From the human T2T-CHM13v2.0 reference genome, Homo sapiens: 64,000 nucleotides of DNA. The translations under genes were made by a program, and so were the position numbers. Of the stretch, positions 13,462 to 27,155 are shown in pieces. The DNA lies in assembly GCF_009914755.1 (NCBI RefSeq), contig NC_060933.1. One strand, written 5' to 3'. Below the pieces are notes generated by a model, which was given only the letters and a program-made list of their open reading frames with translations, made no database searches and was not told the origin of the DNA. The first letter of the stretch is position 1; every line of letters starts with the position of its first letter.

Positions 13462-16320
13462 TAAGTGGTAAAAATCTTAAACAGGTCAATAATCATAGAG
13501 GATATTAAGAATGTCAGAGAGCTACTTCCTGAAATATTGCCAAACTTAATTTCAAAGTTAAATTCTTTTATCCTTAAAGAAACACACAATTGCAAAGCCT
13601 TTTAGAGTATTTCAGAATAAAACAAAATTAAGGACAATTCCTGATTATTTTGAAAGCCAGAGTAACACTAATAACAAATCCTGAGAAAGTAAATACTCGA
13701 GAGAAAACTGTACAAGTTCACTTACTATGATGAGTTAAAGAAAAACCTAAATAAGACCCAACAGTACATTGCAATAATAACATATTATGACCAAGAGTGG
13801 TTCATTCTTGAATAGCAAAGATGTTTTCATATTAGGAAATCAATAACTATAATTCATTATAGTAAGAGATTGATAGAAAAAAGACTAAAATCTCCTTTAA
13901 TATATGCATAAGAGGAATTTAATAAAATCCAACATTCTTTCCTAATAAAAATCTTGAATAAGTATGGATTATGTTATGCTTTCTTAACTAAATGTGAATT
14001 TATATTTATACATACACACATATATACAAATTATATACACATATCAAAAGATCAATATAAAATAATAAAGGTCATATGATATTTAGATTGAATGGTAATA
14101 TTTTAGAAGTACTGCAAATCAAGTCAAGATCAACTTAAGATTATCTTTTATCACCAGTGCTATGTAATATAATTCAAGATGTGCTGACGAATATAATTAG
14201 AAAATAGTATTATGACTATTTAAATAAAGAAGGAAATATTGTAATCATTTGAAGTTGATAGGATTTTGTTACTAGAAAACTCAAAACAATGAAATAAAAT
14301 TAAAATTAATAAAACTTTTAAGCGTTTTTTTATATTCTAAATGATGACTCAGAAAAATTTACTGAAATAATCCCAATTATGGCAATAAGACTATAAAATT
14401 CTTGAGACTAAATTTAATAAGAACTATAAAGTTTGTAAAAAGTATAAATTAATGAAGAATTGAATAGATGGATATTTTCAATCTTGGACTAGATGATTTA
14501 ACATTTTAAAGACACCAATATTTCCTACATTCATATAGAAACGAAATGCAATTCCACATAAAATACCAACAAAATTATTTTTAGACTGATTTAGAAGAAA
14601 GTGTCATGAGGGCTTAATAACCCTACCAAATATAAGATATACTAATATTGATTAATAAAGTATAGAACTGGCAAAAGAATAGGCAGATTAATAGATGCTA
14701 TAGTTTGGATATTTAACCTTCAAATCCCATGTTGAAATTTGATCCCCAGTGTTGGAGTTGGGACCTAGTTGTTTGGGTCATGGGAGTGGATCCCTCATTA
14801 ATAGATTCATGCCCTCTCTGGGTTCAGGGTTCGGGGAGGCAGTGAGGGATTTCTCACTGTGTTAGCTCCTAAGAAAGCTAGTTGTTAAAAAGAGCCTGGC
14901 AACTCTTGTCTCTCTCTCTCTCTCTTGCTTTCTTTCTCGCCATGTGACCTCTGCACACATTGGCTCCTCTTCCGTTTCTGCCTGAGAGGAAGCACACTGA
15001 GGCTCTCCTCAGTTGCAGATGCCAGCGCGCCATGGTTCTTTCACAGACAGCAGAACTGTGGGGCAGCCAACAAACCTCTTTTCTTTATAAATTACCCAGT
15101 CTCAATTATTTCTTTATAGCAACACAAACAGGATAAGCCCAAGTGGAATGAAACAAAAAGAGAGAACCTCACAATAAACTCAAATATATACAAGAATGCA
15201 ACATGTATAAAAATGACATTTTGGATTAGTGGAAAAATAGCTATTTGCTAAATGTCAATAGGACAACTGGAAGCTTTTTGAAACAAGTAAAACTGGAGCT
15301 TTACTTCATTCCCTACTCAAAATTCAGAGTGGATCAAATAATTAAATGTAAAAAAATAAAAATGCAACATACTAGGAGCAAACTTAAATCAATATTTTTG
15401 AAACTTGGGGACAGAAAATGCTTGAAACATGACAACATGTGAAAGACATAAAGAAAATAACTGATAAATCTAAATAATAAAAATCAAAATCACCTGTCAG
15501 TCTTCCTTAAACAACATAAACTGATGGGCAACAACTTTGGAAGAAAAGAATACAATATAATTAGAAACTCCAGGACTAATTGCTTGATATACAAAATGCC
15601 TAAATATCAATGAAGAAAAGATAAATAACCCCCGATGCTCAATATTATTAATAAAGTTATGAAAATTTAATCAGAGAGTTCACTATTCATCTATCAGAGA
15701 AGCAAAATGTTTGTGTCCTATAAGACATTTGTTGTTCCTGGGAGTGTAAATTTGCACAATTTCCCAAAAGGCAATTTGGCATATCTAGTAAAATAAATAT
15801 CAATAATTTTGACCTGTTAATTTTATTTAATTAACATTTGCATAAGTGCAGAAACGTGTATACTGAAAAATCCTTGTTACTTTTTTTGTCTAATTGTGAA
15901 GTATTGGAAATTGCCTGAATCCCCACTAGTGAAGTTTGCACATATATGTTATGCTGAATGTGTATATATGGAGATAGATCTCTATATGCAGCAATAAAAA
16001 TAATTCTAATATATACAGACCTTGTCTAGATTATTTATTGCTGTAACCCAGAGCCTAGAACATTACCTACTTATTGATGTTCAGTACACTTCTTCCACAT
16101 GGAATGAGCAAAAGTCTTGTTGTTACATGCCAAAAGTAAATTTTAAAATAGAATGCAACCCCAAATCACATATTTATAAAAAGTCTGTCTCTTCAACATT
16201 TGACCAAAGTGATTCCAGTGGTCTTTACTTCAGAAATTTCCCATTTCGAGTTCGTCAATTTTTAAACGTTTTCTAATTGTTAAAATAACCATGCAATTAT
16301 GTGATTAAAATATTGAAATA
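13462..16320 (+). mobile_element. Old L1M ORF2/3' relic (right of the retrocopy), interrupted by an MST LTR
   Basis: Degenerate ORF2 motifs (ATGACCAAG, AATAAAATCCAACATTC, AATGCAATTCCACATAAAAATACCAACA) continuing from the left fragment. Confidence 0.65.
14696..15141 (+). mobile_element. MST-type (MSTB-like) ERVL-MaLR solo LTR
   Basis: TGCTATAGTTTGGATATTT...CATGTTGAAATTTGATCCCCAGTGTTGGAG...CTTTTCTTTATAAATTACCCAGTCTC...TTCTTTATAGCAACACAAA. Confidence 0.85.
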
Positions 16321-18281
16321 TGAAAAGAAGAGAGCACTCCTCTATTCCTTTATACCAGAGCTATGCTATTTGGTGTTACCTAAACTTACATTCCTTGTGA
16401 TTAAATTAATAATTAAACAGTAAGATATTACAGTACAGATGGGGGGGATACTATATCCTAGGAAGGAAAAAAGATGAGCATGATTAAATTTCATTAAGGA
16501 AAGCAAATACAATTGGGACAAGGCTTACCTCAACTTCATGAATTAAGGTTTATAATCACTTTTACATACACATTTGTTAAATTATTACATTATTTGCCCC
16601 ACAGAGATGAGATGAATAATGCTTAGAAAGACTCATCATTTTTAATGGAGAATCAAGACTTGAACTTGCTTTAATACTCCATTCATTTGCTATAGCTCTG
16701 ACAACCATCCCCATAAAGCAGGTGCCTCTAGCTGAGGAGACTATCTTTTTGGGTGATAGAGAAGACAGAGGTAAAGGAAGTGGGTTGGATGAGGGAATCC
16801 ACATTTCTATCAAAGACATAATTGTATAGCCTGCTATTTATTACTATGAGATTTTATGCGCTTGTCATATTTTTTTACCCATAAAGAAAATTGGAGACAT
16901 TGGGTCATAATATTAAGACGTTTTCCTACTCAAAATAAAGTTCACCCCCTTCTCTGTTGGGCCACAATTCAATGGAAAATATTATAAATCAAAGATGAAC
17001 ACATGCAGAACCAAATGGACATAAATATGCTATTTCCATTTCTGTACTGTTTGGTCTGCTTGGATACATGCCTATGAGTAGGTTTTTATTTATGAAGGCA
17101 CAGGACAGATTGCATATTATTTTCCTGTAATGGAGGAAATGAGGGTTTATTCACAGAGTACTGTGTTTCTGGGCATCAAAATTACTTTCCACCTATTAAA
17201 TCTCAGTGTTTCCACAACGAAGAGAAAACTTCTGTGCTCTAAAGAATGACAGTGTGCAATTTATAATCAAAGGTTATGAATTTCCACTTTGCAGCATCCC
17301 CTTTTCAGACACCTATGGACTTTCAATATGTGTTGCAACTACGCTTACTGAGATAATAATATCATCCTAGTAATGCCCTAATAGGATTACAAGGCAGAAT
17401 ACAATGTCAGGTTAGAATGAGATACAGTTTTTCTTGAATGAAGACATCTTTTAAAAACTCAAACTAGTTGTTTTATTTCTTATTTTTAGGAGAACATTTA
17501 GAAATAATTTGCTTTATGTTTTAAAAATCATGAATCACTAGCTGTTAGAAGGCAGAAGTGAAAATCATTGGTATATTGCAACTGCTGTTGAATTTTAATT
17601 TTCACTTGTGAATTCTAGTCAGAAATTCTTGTTATTGAAACTTGATGTATTGGTAGTTTATTGCAGACAAATCTTTCTGAGAGCATTAAGACTCATTAAA
17701 GAAAAGATAAGGAAAATATGCAAGCAACTGGCACATGGTGCTTTCCACCTTTGGGAAAACAAGGTTATCTTGATAATACACTCAATTTACTGTAAGAATC
17801 CAATTCTTTTATGCTTAGACTTCCAGCAAATTCAACAACTCTGGAACCCAGCCAGGAATCTAGAAGTCATGGCAAACAAGGTCACATGCTGTGACCATGT
17901 GAGAAGCCACATGCTGTGTGAAACAGTCAGTCATGAAAAGTTATGCTTAGAAGAAAGTCCTATATCATCTCTTTAAGGTCTGTTGGCTTTTTCATTACAC
18001 ACAATCCTAGAAAGTCCTATTTCCTTATGTCTACTCCTGCTTTCCTCCACATTCTCTAGACAATAGTCAAAATGATCTTTTTAAAACACAAAACTGATCA
18101 TGCTACTTCCTGCTTGAAAGCTTTGAACATAAGATATGCCCAAGATATGTTTGTGGAAATGAAGTTTTTTCTAAAATATGTTCCATGAACATGGCAGAAT
18201 AAACATTAAGTCATATCTAACTGTTTACAATTATGAGACAAAATCAGCCCTGGATTTAGGAAATAGTTGGTGTAAGACTAA

Positions 18282-18640
18282 TGCTATAGACTAAATGTGT
18301 CTTCCCAAAATTCCTGTTAAAATTCTAACTCTGGAGGTGACGGTATTAGGAAATAATGCCTTTGGGAAGTGATTATCTCACAAAGTCACAGTCCTCATGA
18401 ATGGGATTCCTTTCATTATAAAATAGACCATAGGAAGTGCTTTCATCCTTTCCACCATGTGAGGACATGGCAAGAAAGTGCATTCTATGAACCAGGAAAT
18501 GTGCCTTCTCCAGACACTGAATCATCAGGCAACTTGATCTTGGACTTCCCAGCCTCAGAACTGTGAGAAATAAATTTCTGTTGTCCACGAGACACTCAGC
18601 CTATGGTATTTTGTTATAGTAACCCAAACAAACCAAGACA
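18282..18640 (+). mobile_element. MLT1A/B ERVL-MaLR solo LTR
   Basis: TGCTATAGACTAAATGTG...TTGATCTTGGACTTCCCAGCCTCAGAACTGTGAGAAATAAATTTCTGTTG...TATGGTATTTTGTTATAG...AAGACA. Confidence 0.88.
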
Positions 18641-19191
18641 ACTTGTTACTACTGATTTTAATCCTTTCTTTTTAATGAATTATTCACTGCAATAGAAAAG
18701 ATCATTATTGAGACAAGTATCTAAGAAGTTTGGGGGATTCTATCTTTGTTTTCTGGATCTAAATGATTTTTCTCATTTCGTCTTATGTACTGAATAGTTA
18801 TATTTTGAGAATAATAATAGCAGACATGCATGATTAGAAGGTCCAGCATATCCTCCCTAAACGTGAATAAGATCAGAAAATGTTGCTCCTTTCAACAGAA
18901 ATGTGACATAATTCTGTGAGAGTAACCCCATTCTAAGGAATGGTTTGTAAAAATGCAGTAGATCCAATTAGAATTGTTAAAGAACCTACTATGCACCAGG
19001 CAGTGTGGTAGACATTTTAAAGTATTGACTCTCATTCTATCACTGAATATCTACATCCAATCTTATGACACAGGGATTTTTAATCCCAGTTTTGCAAATG
19101 AAGTACAGAGAGGTTTAACGTTTACTGGGAAAATAAGATGTCTCTAAAATCTCAGGTAGATGGAAACAATAATTGATGTATGCTTTTCTGT

Positions 19192-20687
19192 GTCCCCCAA
19201 AGTCTTAACTCATTTCAGCATTAACTCAAAAGTCCACAGTCAAAAGTCTCATCCGAGACAAGACAAATCCCTTCCACCTATGAGCCTGTAAAATCAAAAG
19301 CAAGTTAGTTACTTCATAGATACAATGTGGGTAAAGGTATTGGTTAAATACAGCCATTCTAAATGGGAGAAATTGGCCAAAACAAAGGGGCCACAGGCCC
19401 CATGGCAGTCCGAAATCCAGCAGGGCAGTCACATCTTAAAGCTCTGAAATGATCTCCTTTGACTCCATGCTTTATATCCAGGTCATGCTGAAGCAAGAGG
19501 TGAGTTTCCATGGTCTTGGGCAGCTCCACCCCTGTGGCTTTGTAGGGTACAAGCTCCCCTTGGCTGCCTTTGTGGGCTGGTGTTGAGTGTGGCTTTTCCA
19601 GGTGCGTGGTGCAAACTGTCAGTGGATCTACCATTCTGGGTTCTGGAGGACAGTGGCCCTCTCCTTATAGCTCCACTAGGTGGTGCCCCAATAGGGAATC
19701 TGTGTGGGGTCTTCAACCCCACATTTCCCTTCTGCACTGCCCTAGCAGAGGTTCTCCATGAGGGCCCGCTCCTGCAGCAAACTTCTGCCTGGACATCCAG
19801 GCATTTCCATACATCTGAAAACTAGGCAGAGGTTCCCAAACCCCAATTCTTGACTTCTGTGCACCCACACGCTCAACACCATGTGGAAGCTGCCAAGGCT
19901 TGGGGCTTCCACCCTCTGAAGCCATGGTCCAAGCTCTACATTGACCCCTTTCAGCCACAGCTGGAGCAGCTGAGATGTAGGGCACCAAGTCCCTAGGCTC
20001 CTTGATCCAGCACAAGGACACTGGGCCTGGCCCACAAAACCACTTTTTCCTTTTAGGTCTCTGGGCCTGTGATGCAAAGGGCTGCCATGAAGGCCTCTGA
20101 CGTGCCCTGGAGACATTTTCCCCATTGTATTGGGGATTAACATTTGGCTCCTTGTTGCTTATGCAGATTTCTGCAGCTGGCTTGAATTTCTCCTCAGAAA
20201 ATGATTTTTTTCTTTTCTATCATCTCGTGAGGCTGCAAATTTTCTGAACTTTTATGTTCTGCTATCCTTATAAAACTGACTGACTTTAACAGCACCCAAG
20301 TCACCTCTTGAATGCTTTGCTGCTTAGAAATTTCTTCCAAGAGATACCCTAAATCATCTCTCTCAAGTTCAAGTTCCACAACTCTCCAGGGCAGGGGCAA
20401 AATGCCACCGGTCTCAGGGAAGAGTCACCTTTGCTTCAGTTCCCAATAAGTTCCTCATCTCCATCTGAGACTACCTCAGCCTGGATTTCATTGTTGATAT
20501 CAATATCAGCATTTTGGTCAAAGCCATTCAACATGTCTCTAGGGAGTTCCAAACTTCCCTACATTTTCCTGTCTTCTTCTGAGTCCTCCAAACTGTTCCA
20601 ACCTCTGCCTGGTACCCAGTGTGAAAGTTGCTTCCACATTTTCGGGTATCTTTTCATCAGTGCCTTACTCTAATGGTACCAATTTAC
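19192..20687 (-). mobile_element. THE1 internal region (truncated; 3' LTR absent)
   Basis: GTCCCCCAAAGTCTTAACTCATTTCAGCATTAACTC...GGTACCAATTTAC matches THE1-int in reverse orientation. Confidence 0.9.
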
Positions 20688-20990
20688 TATATTAGTCCAT
20701 TTTCATGCTGCTAATAAAGACATGCCCAGTCCTTCCACATGGCTGGGGAGACCTCACAATCACGGCAGAAGGTGAAAGGCACATCTCACATGGTGGTAGA
20801 TAGGAGAAGAGAGCTTGCGCAGGGAAATTCCCCTTTTTAAAACCATCAGATCTCATGAGACTTATTCGCTGTCACGAGAACAGCACGGGAAAGGCTTGCC
20901 CCTATGACTCAATTACCTCCCACTGGGTCCCTCCCACAACACGTGGGAATTCAAGATGAGATTTGGGTGGGTCGCAGCCAAACCATATCA
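20688..20990 (-). mobile_element. THE1A/B 5' LTR with a small internal deletion
   Basis: TATATTAGTCCATTTTCATGCTGCTAATAAAGACATGCCC...GGAATTCAAGATGAGATTTGGGTGGG...CCAAACCATATCA. Confidence 0.9.
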
Positions 20991-22044
20991 AGTGCCAATA
21001 AAGAGTTCTCAGGTAAGAGAGAAAGTTACTAAAGGAAGGTCAGAGAAAGGTGGGCTCTTAAAGTTGGTTGGGGAGTTTGAAGACAAAAGAAAAGCAGACT
21101 TCCTCTCTCCCTAGCCTTTTCTTTCCTCAGCATCTCACATGTCTTTCCTTCAGAGTGTCCCCTCCTCTCTCAAAATTGGATTAAAACTCAATCAGGGTTC
21201 AGTGGAGCACATCTAATAGACAAGGATGTGGGTGGGAGGGAGGCTTGTGTTATGATATCCCTAGGGTAACAATGAAGAGCCACCCTGGCACAGACAAGAG
21301 GGGGTTGCCTTTCCAATTGCTATTTCCACTTAGTGCTCCCCTGCATGGGTGCACAGCAGCTTCCAAGGATACCCTAAGGATGAGTTTCACAGGGGAAGAA
21401 TCTGACTGTGCATTCACAATACAGCTGAAAAACTATCCTTCACGAAGTATGTACCAAGGAGGAATTCGTTAGCTCAAATTTTTACTTCCATTGTAAACAC
21501 TGAAAAAGGACTATTTTGAAAAACATGGCTTTATTTATTTAGGTTTTCCTCATTCCTTTATTCTGTTTCAGAGCAAAGAGAAAACTTAGAGTAGAACAAT
21601 AAAAGCCAAAAGGAAGTTACACACAGACCTGTATACAAAAAGGCTAGATATGAATGACTGCTAGATTCTTAGACAACTCACCATTTTCATGCCTGATTTG
21701 AGTGGATGACAGACTGCTTTATAAGGTATAAAAATGGTGATTATGAATATTTTCTTATTTTGTTACCTGACTTGTTAATTGGTTTAAAACATAAGAATTT
21801 TAGTTTGTTTTTATGAATTACTTTAAAAGATGAGCTAGATACTATTTTCCGCAAGTATCATAATACTTGAGGTGAATGAACAGAGAATTAAAATGCTGAA
21901 ACTGTCACAGAATATTTTAATATTAGTTAAAATCTCCTTAGCTAAAAAATGTAACTAGTTCTTTGTTTCAAATTTTAATTAGCACATGTGCAGCTTTTAT
22001 TTTTTCTCTTTTTAAAAAACCATTTAATAAGCATGTATAATTTT

Positions 22045-22170
22045 CTGTTTTTCAATTTTCATTTTTCATTGACAAATAATACTTATATATATTTGTGGAG
22101 TACAATATGATGTTTTGATATGTACTTACATTGTAGAATGATTAAACCAAGCTAATTAACAAGTCCATTT
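22045..22170 (-). mobile_element. L1MA 3' end fragment
   Basis: ATTGACAAATAAT...TATATTTGTGGAGTACAATATGATGTTTTGATATG...AAGCTAATTAACA. Confidence 0.7.
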
Positions 22171-25100
22171 TTATCTTAGATAATTGCTTTACAACCCAGT
22201 TTTCTGATACGAAATTTTCTTGGATTTCATACTGAATAGTTATGAAAAAAAACAAAGACTAGTGTAGAAATCCAAATGAAAATTTAAATTCCTTTATAGT
22301 CTTCTGAGATTTCCTGACATTATCTGGAACTCTGATAAACAAGAGCCAAATGGCATGTTTTCTGTTTTACCAGATTGCTTAACTAACTATAAACGATAAA
22401 CATTATTTCAAATACAGTTCACATATTTTTATGATTGAATATAGTTCCTTTGCCTTCTCTTATAAGGCAACCTATTACCCACAGGTATAGAGTAATTGAG
22501 ACTTTTTTAACTAAAAAAAGTTGATAGATGTCTGTTCAACAGAGATAACTGATTTGGAAATCCTAACCCAAACTCATTATACATGAGTTTCTTATTTCTA
22601 TGTTTCTATGAGTTATACATGAGTTCATTGTTTCTGTGATTGCCAAGATGATGTTGTGACTGCCAAATTATTAGTAAATGTGCTACCTTATGGAAAGGAA
22701 TCTATAGCAACTATGAAAAAAAAATCAATGACTCTAGAACATTAAGGTTAATATAGGCATTGTCTAATGTTCTGCTAGATAAGAGAGATCTGTTGAACTA
22801 AGCAGGTCAGTGAATCTCTTGTACTAATTGGAGTCAACTGGACTCCAGTAGAAATAAGACCATCTTGTGTGATATCTTGAGAAAGAGCCTGAGCTTGCAC
22901 TGATATCTGTGAGATGTCTCCCTCATTAAACAGAGTAATGACCCTTGGACTCATCATATTTAAAAAATAAAAGAAAGGGGAGAAACTGAAAAAAGAATTC
23001 TTCGCTGTCAAATTATTTATTGCCTCTCCTGTGTGGAATGAAATGGACAAAATTTCATCCTAATTATCTGCTACCTTTCTGTTCCTTTTATATCAGTCTA
23101 TACCCATCAACTCACATGTCCAGACTGTCCCATAAAAGACAAAATTCAGAATCTCTGTCCTTTCTGTTCCCCTCCTGCCCCCCTTCTGCTCTTGCTCTTC
23201 ATCTCTGTGATTTCTCTAACAATGTGCATTGTTAACTACTTCATTCTTCTACAGCCATTCATTTATTCACTATTTAATAATAGCTTCTAAAGAACAGTAA
23301 TTTTTTCCCTATTTTTTGTTATTCTATCCTCAGTGCTGGGAACAGTGTCTGGTAACAGCAGACAATAAATAGTTTCTAGATAAATGAATAAATAAACGAA
23401 CTGAGTATCAGGTACTACACTGATTTCTGCCTCTTGGCTCCATATCTCAATTTATTAGCTCCATATCTCAATTTCTTAGCTACTCTTGCCCACCAGGATT
23501 TCATTATTCTCTCAATTCCCTTCTTAGCATTTGGGACACCCATGCTCCTGAACAGTGTTTGGTGTTACCCAGCCTTCCAATTTTGACCTCTCCAGTGGTT
23601 TCTGGTGGAGACTTCCCAAAGTGGCCTCGGCTCCATAGAATCTCTGCCATTGCATCATTAACCAGACCAAACTCCTGCCAAAGGTTGAAGAGCAGGGAGG
23701 GCAAAATTCAAAGAATAATATGAACACATACTGCATTTATAGGGTGAAATTATTCCTAATAGCTTTAAGTTGTATAAATTAACTTTGCTATTAATTGTTG
23801 ATACCGGTGGTCAGTAAGATTTCTCAAGAAGATCCAGTTGGGTCCTAGGCCTCTAGGACTACTTGGGAAAAAGCAGGGGGGCAGTAGGAGATAAAGATAT
23901 TTGGATGTATAATGCCAAGAATATAATTAAGAGGAAAATAATGGTTGGCAATGAAATTTTAGTATCTTTTTTTAGTATCATTATTTCATTGTTATTTTGC
24001 CTTTGAAAGTGCAAAAGATATAAGTGTAATGACAATAATTTTTTCATTCAGTAATAAGTGAAATAAGTATATAATTTAAACACAACCTTATTAAAAATTA
24101 TTTAGTATAAGTGTAAGCTAAAAGATAGTATTAGCCTCATTTTTATTGATGGAAAAAATAAGAAAGAGAAACTGAGTGAGCCTCTTAAGGGTAAAAAATA
24201 GTATAATTCTCCATCTCGATGTATATTGAAAATAGAACGAGAAGGATTCATGTGTAAAGGAAACCAGCTAGCATGTTGTATGTCTTATGTTATCAAGTAA
24301 GATGCAGAATTCAGTCACCTATAATCTAGTATCTATGATCCAATCAGAAGATTCTATGAGAACATTATCAAATCATACTTCAGAAATTTTGCTCTTCAGG
24401 TATTTTCGCCATTTCATTTCATCTCGGTAGACGCTAACTCACAACATTTTCTAATTAATTTAATAATGCTAGTAAATAATTCTTTTATGTAATCACTGGC
24501 CAACAAAAAACATTAACAAATTTTCCAATGTTTCAATGCTGTCCTTAAAATATTTCATTAATATATTTTTAATAGCAAAGGAGAAGTCATAGTCTGAGAC
24601 ATCCAGGAGGCACTGAACAGTTTGCAGTGATTTCAAAATTTCTTTGAAATTTTATCTTATATTCTAAAAATACAAGCACAATTTCAATTAATTTCCATGA
24701 TATATCCATATATTGCCTGCATTCTTTCAGGCAAATGCCAGAAACCAGTACCAAATTAGGCAGAAAGAAACTTATGAGAAAATGCAGACAAACGAAAGAC
24801 TCAGTCAGAGGCCATTTCTATCAGGCAAATGAAGGACTCAGTCAGGGGCCATTTCAGTCACGAACTTGAATGATATTGTTTGTCCAATAAACATTCAATC
24901 TTTTAAGTTTGCTTATTTACATAACTGTTAGTTCCCATATCTCACATCTTCTGTTTTTGGCATAAAGAAGATAGTTTTTCATGTCAGACTCTGGGTGAAA
25001 AATCACAGGGAAAGGCTTTGATTCATCTAGCTTGGTTCAGATTTGCACTAGATCAGTCAACTAGAGCTAAGGAGGCAGAGATGTGATGTAATATGGAAGC

Positions 25101-25479
25101 CCTCTCAGAATCATATGGTGTCAAGAGGAATAAGTCTCTCCAATGAAGGATAAAATGCTTGAGAGATCAAACAACAGCAATAGCTATTCTACTACATTGA
25201 TAACTTTAATATAAAAGGTAATAATTTACTTACTATGGATTCAAATTTGTGTTTTAAGGAAGATGCTTTATATTTTGTACTAATTATTTGTATATCCTTG
25301 TGTACTACTTCCTATTCTGGGAGATGGTTGCATGATGACAATCTTGGTGGGGTGCTGAGATCCTACTATGTGGCTGTAGAAGTTATCACTTACATGGGAC
25401 TTAACTTGGACATGATTGTTCATGTATGCCAGTGCAACAAAAACATGGTATAGCATAGTGAAGATTGATGTAGAGATAT

Positions 25480-25960
25480 GTAGGGTAAGAAATTTCCAGA
25501 CAGAATGAAATGCTTGAGCAAAGGAGCAGAAGTCTGATACTAACTTTTTAAGTGCATTGTTAAAACATGGTGAGAATGAACTGGAGAGAGTTGCTTGCAG
25601 GAAGCTATGTGCTGGAAAACTCTAAGTAACAGATTGAGAAGTGTGGATTTTATCTTTTGGCAAGAAAGGTAAATTAGAAATTTAAAAGCTAGAGAAGGTT
25701 ATATTCATATTTGTGTTTTGGAAAACAACTCCAGCAGGAGTGTGTGAAGTTAATCAGAGGAGCAAGAAACTAGAGGCAGAAAACAATTGTATAAGTCAAC
25801 TATATATATTCCAGAAAAAGGGGTTAGTTATTTCTAGATTTGAGGAGGCATTGAAAGAAGGTATCAATCGAATCTGCAGTAAAATGAGAGTTAAGAAAGT
25901 GGGAATAGCCAAAACTGAGGCAGACGTTGAGTGTGTGAGTATGAACAGCATGCCAAGAGG
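25480..25960 (-). mobile_element. L2 fragment
   Basis: TTTCCAGACAGAATGAA...GCAAAGG...GGATTTTATCT...TGTGTTTTGGAAAACAACTCCAGCAG. Confidence 0.55.
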
Positions 25961-26944
25961 TTAGTAATAACTAGACACTGATAACTTGAAAGCAATGTAA
26001 TGTGAATGCAAAGTCTTTGTTATTTTTAGAATATATATTAAAAATACTTGAAACAATCCAATAGTTTAAAATTTTTCAAAGGATAAAAATACCTAAAATG
26101 CATACAAAAATAATCTATAGAACTTAGAAAGGAAGTAAGATAGGAAGAATTGAGTCACATGGCCTAGGAGTAATGAGTGGATAGATACTACCATATGCTG
26201 CTCCTTTCAATGACTTTTTTAGTTGCTCTTAAACAAAGGCAAAAATAAATAAAAATAAGAATACATGGTCAAAGACTCACCAACCAAATCAAAAGTACAG
26301 ATTATGACGCCAAGTTACTTTTTCTTTTTTGCAGATGACACGGTCTGTTTGATTCAATAAGCATCACCACACACCCCACATCTACAGCCCAATTTTCTGC
26401 CTAAACGAGATCCAACTTGCCTATTTACAGTTCACTGGACTTAGTTAAAGCTCTAATAACAATTGTTCAAATGATTTAACTTCATGATGTAACCAGAAAC
26501 TCTTCTGCAATAGCCCAGAATTAAAATATCTTTTGGCCCTGGCTTGTAACATTGATCAAGATGTAAATAAGTCACAGCTTGTACTTGTTCAGGAAATGAT
26601 TCTGTCTGCAATTTTATCTAAAGTCAAAAATATAAATTAATCAGGAGTAAATTTTCTCTAAATATTGGAAACTATTTTTGGCTTACATGTAATGAAAATA
26701 AATTAATAATAAACTGTAATAGAATGGCATCACTTTGACAATTTTTAAGAAGTGTCTGTTACCTATCTATGTTGTTCATTTCATCCTAACTAGAGGTGAT
26801 TATTTTGACATCTGAAGGTACAGCTAAACCCAGGATTCATGTTCTTTTATTCAGTAACTTATTGGATATTTACAGATCACTGACAGTGTGCTATACTAGA
26901 CACTGTGGTAAAATATAAGATGATTATAACAACTATATTAACAA

Positions 26945-27155
26945 AATATAAATTTGTCGAATGTTACTACTTGCCAGAAGCTATCCTAAGATTTTTCCAT
27001 TTATTTACTCATTTACTTTTTGTAAAGATGTTATGAGATCTGGAAACTTTTATCTCCATCTTAGAGATAAAAATACAGAAAGAGAGCAATTAAATAATTT
27101 TCCCAAGAATACACAGCTAGAAAGGTAATCCAGGTTATCTGTCACCAGAGCCCAT
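26945..27155 (-). mobile_element. MIR
   Basis: TCGAATGTTACTACTTGCCAG...TTACTCATTTA...ATCTCCATCTTAGAGATAAAAATAC...CCCAAGAATACACAGCTAG. Confidence 0.7.

Noticed and set aside
19226-20673. Cluster of 60-130 aa ORFs
   Set aside because: Fragments of the decayed THE1 internal region.
23437-23481. 21-bp tandem duplication (similar small ones near 749-771, 43420-43449 and 58919-58963)
   Set aside because: Ordinary microduplications with no further structure.
26315-26435. Polypyrimidine-AG acceptor-like site (similar one near 50990-51001) as a host-gene exon
   Set aside because: No matching donor or recognisable reading frame; such sites are common in AT-rich DNA.
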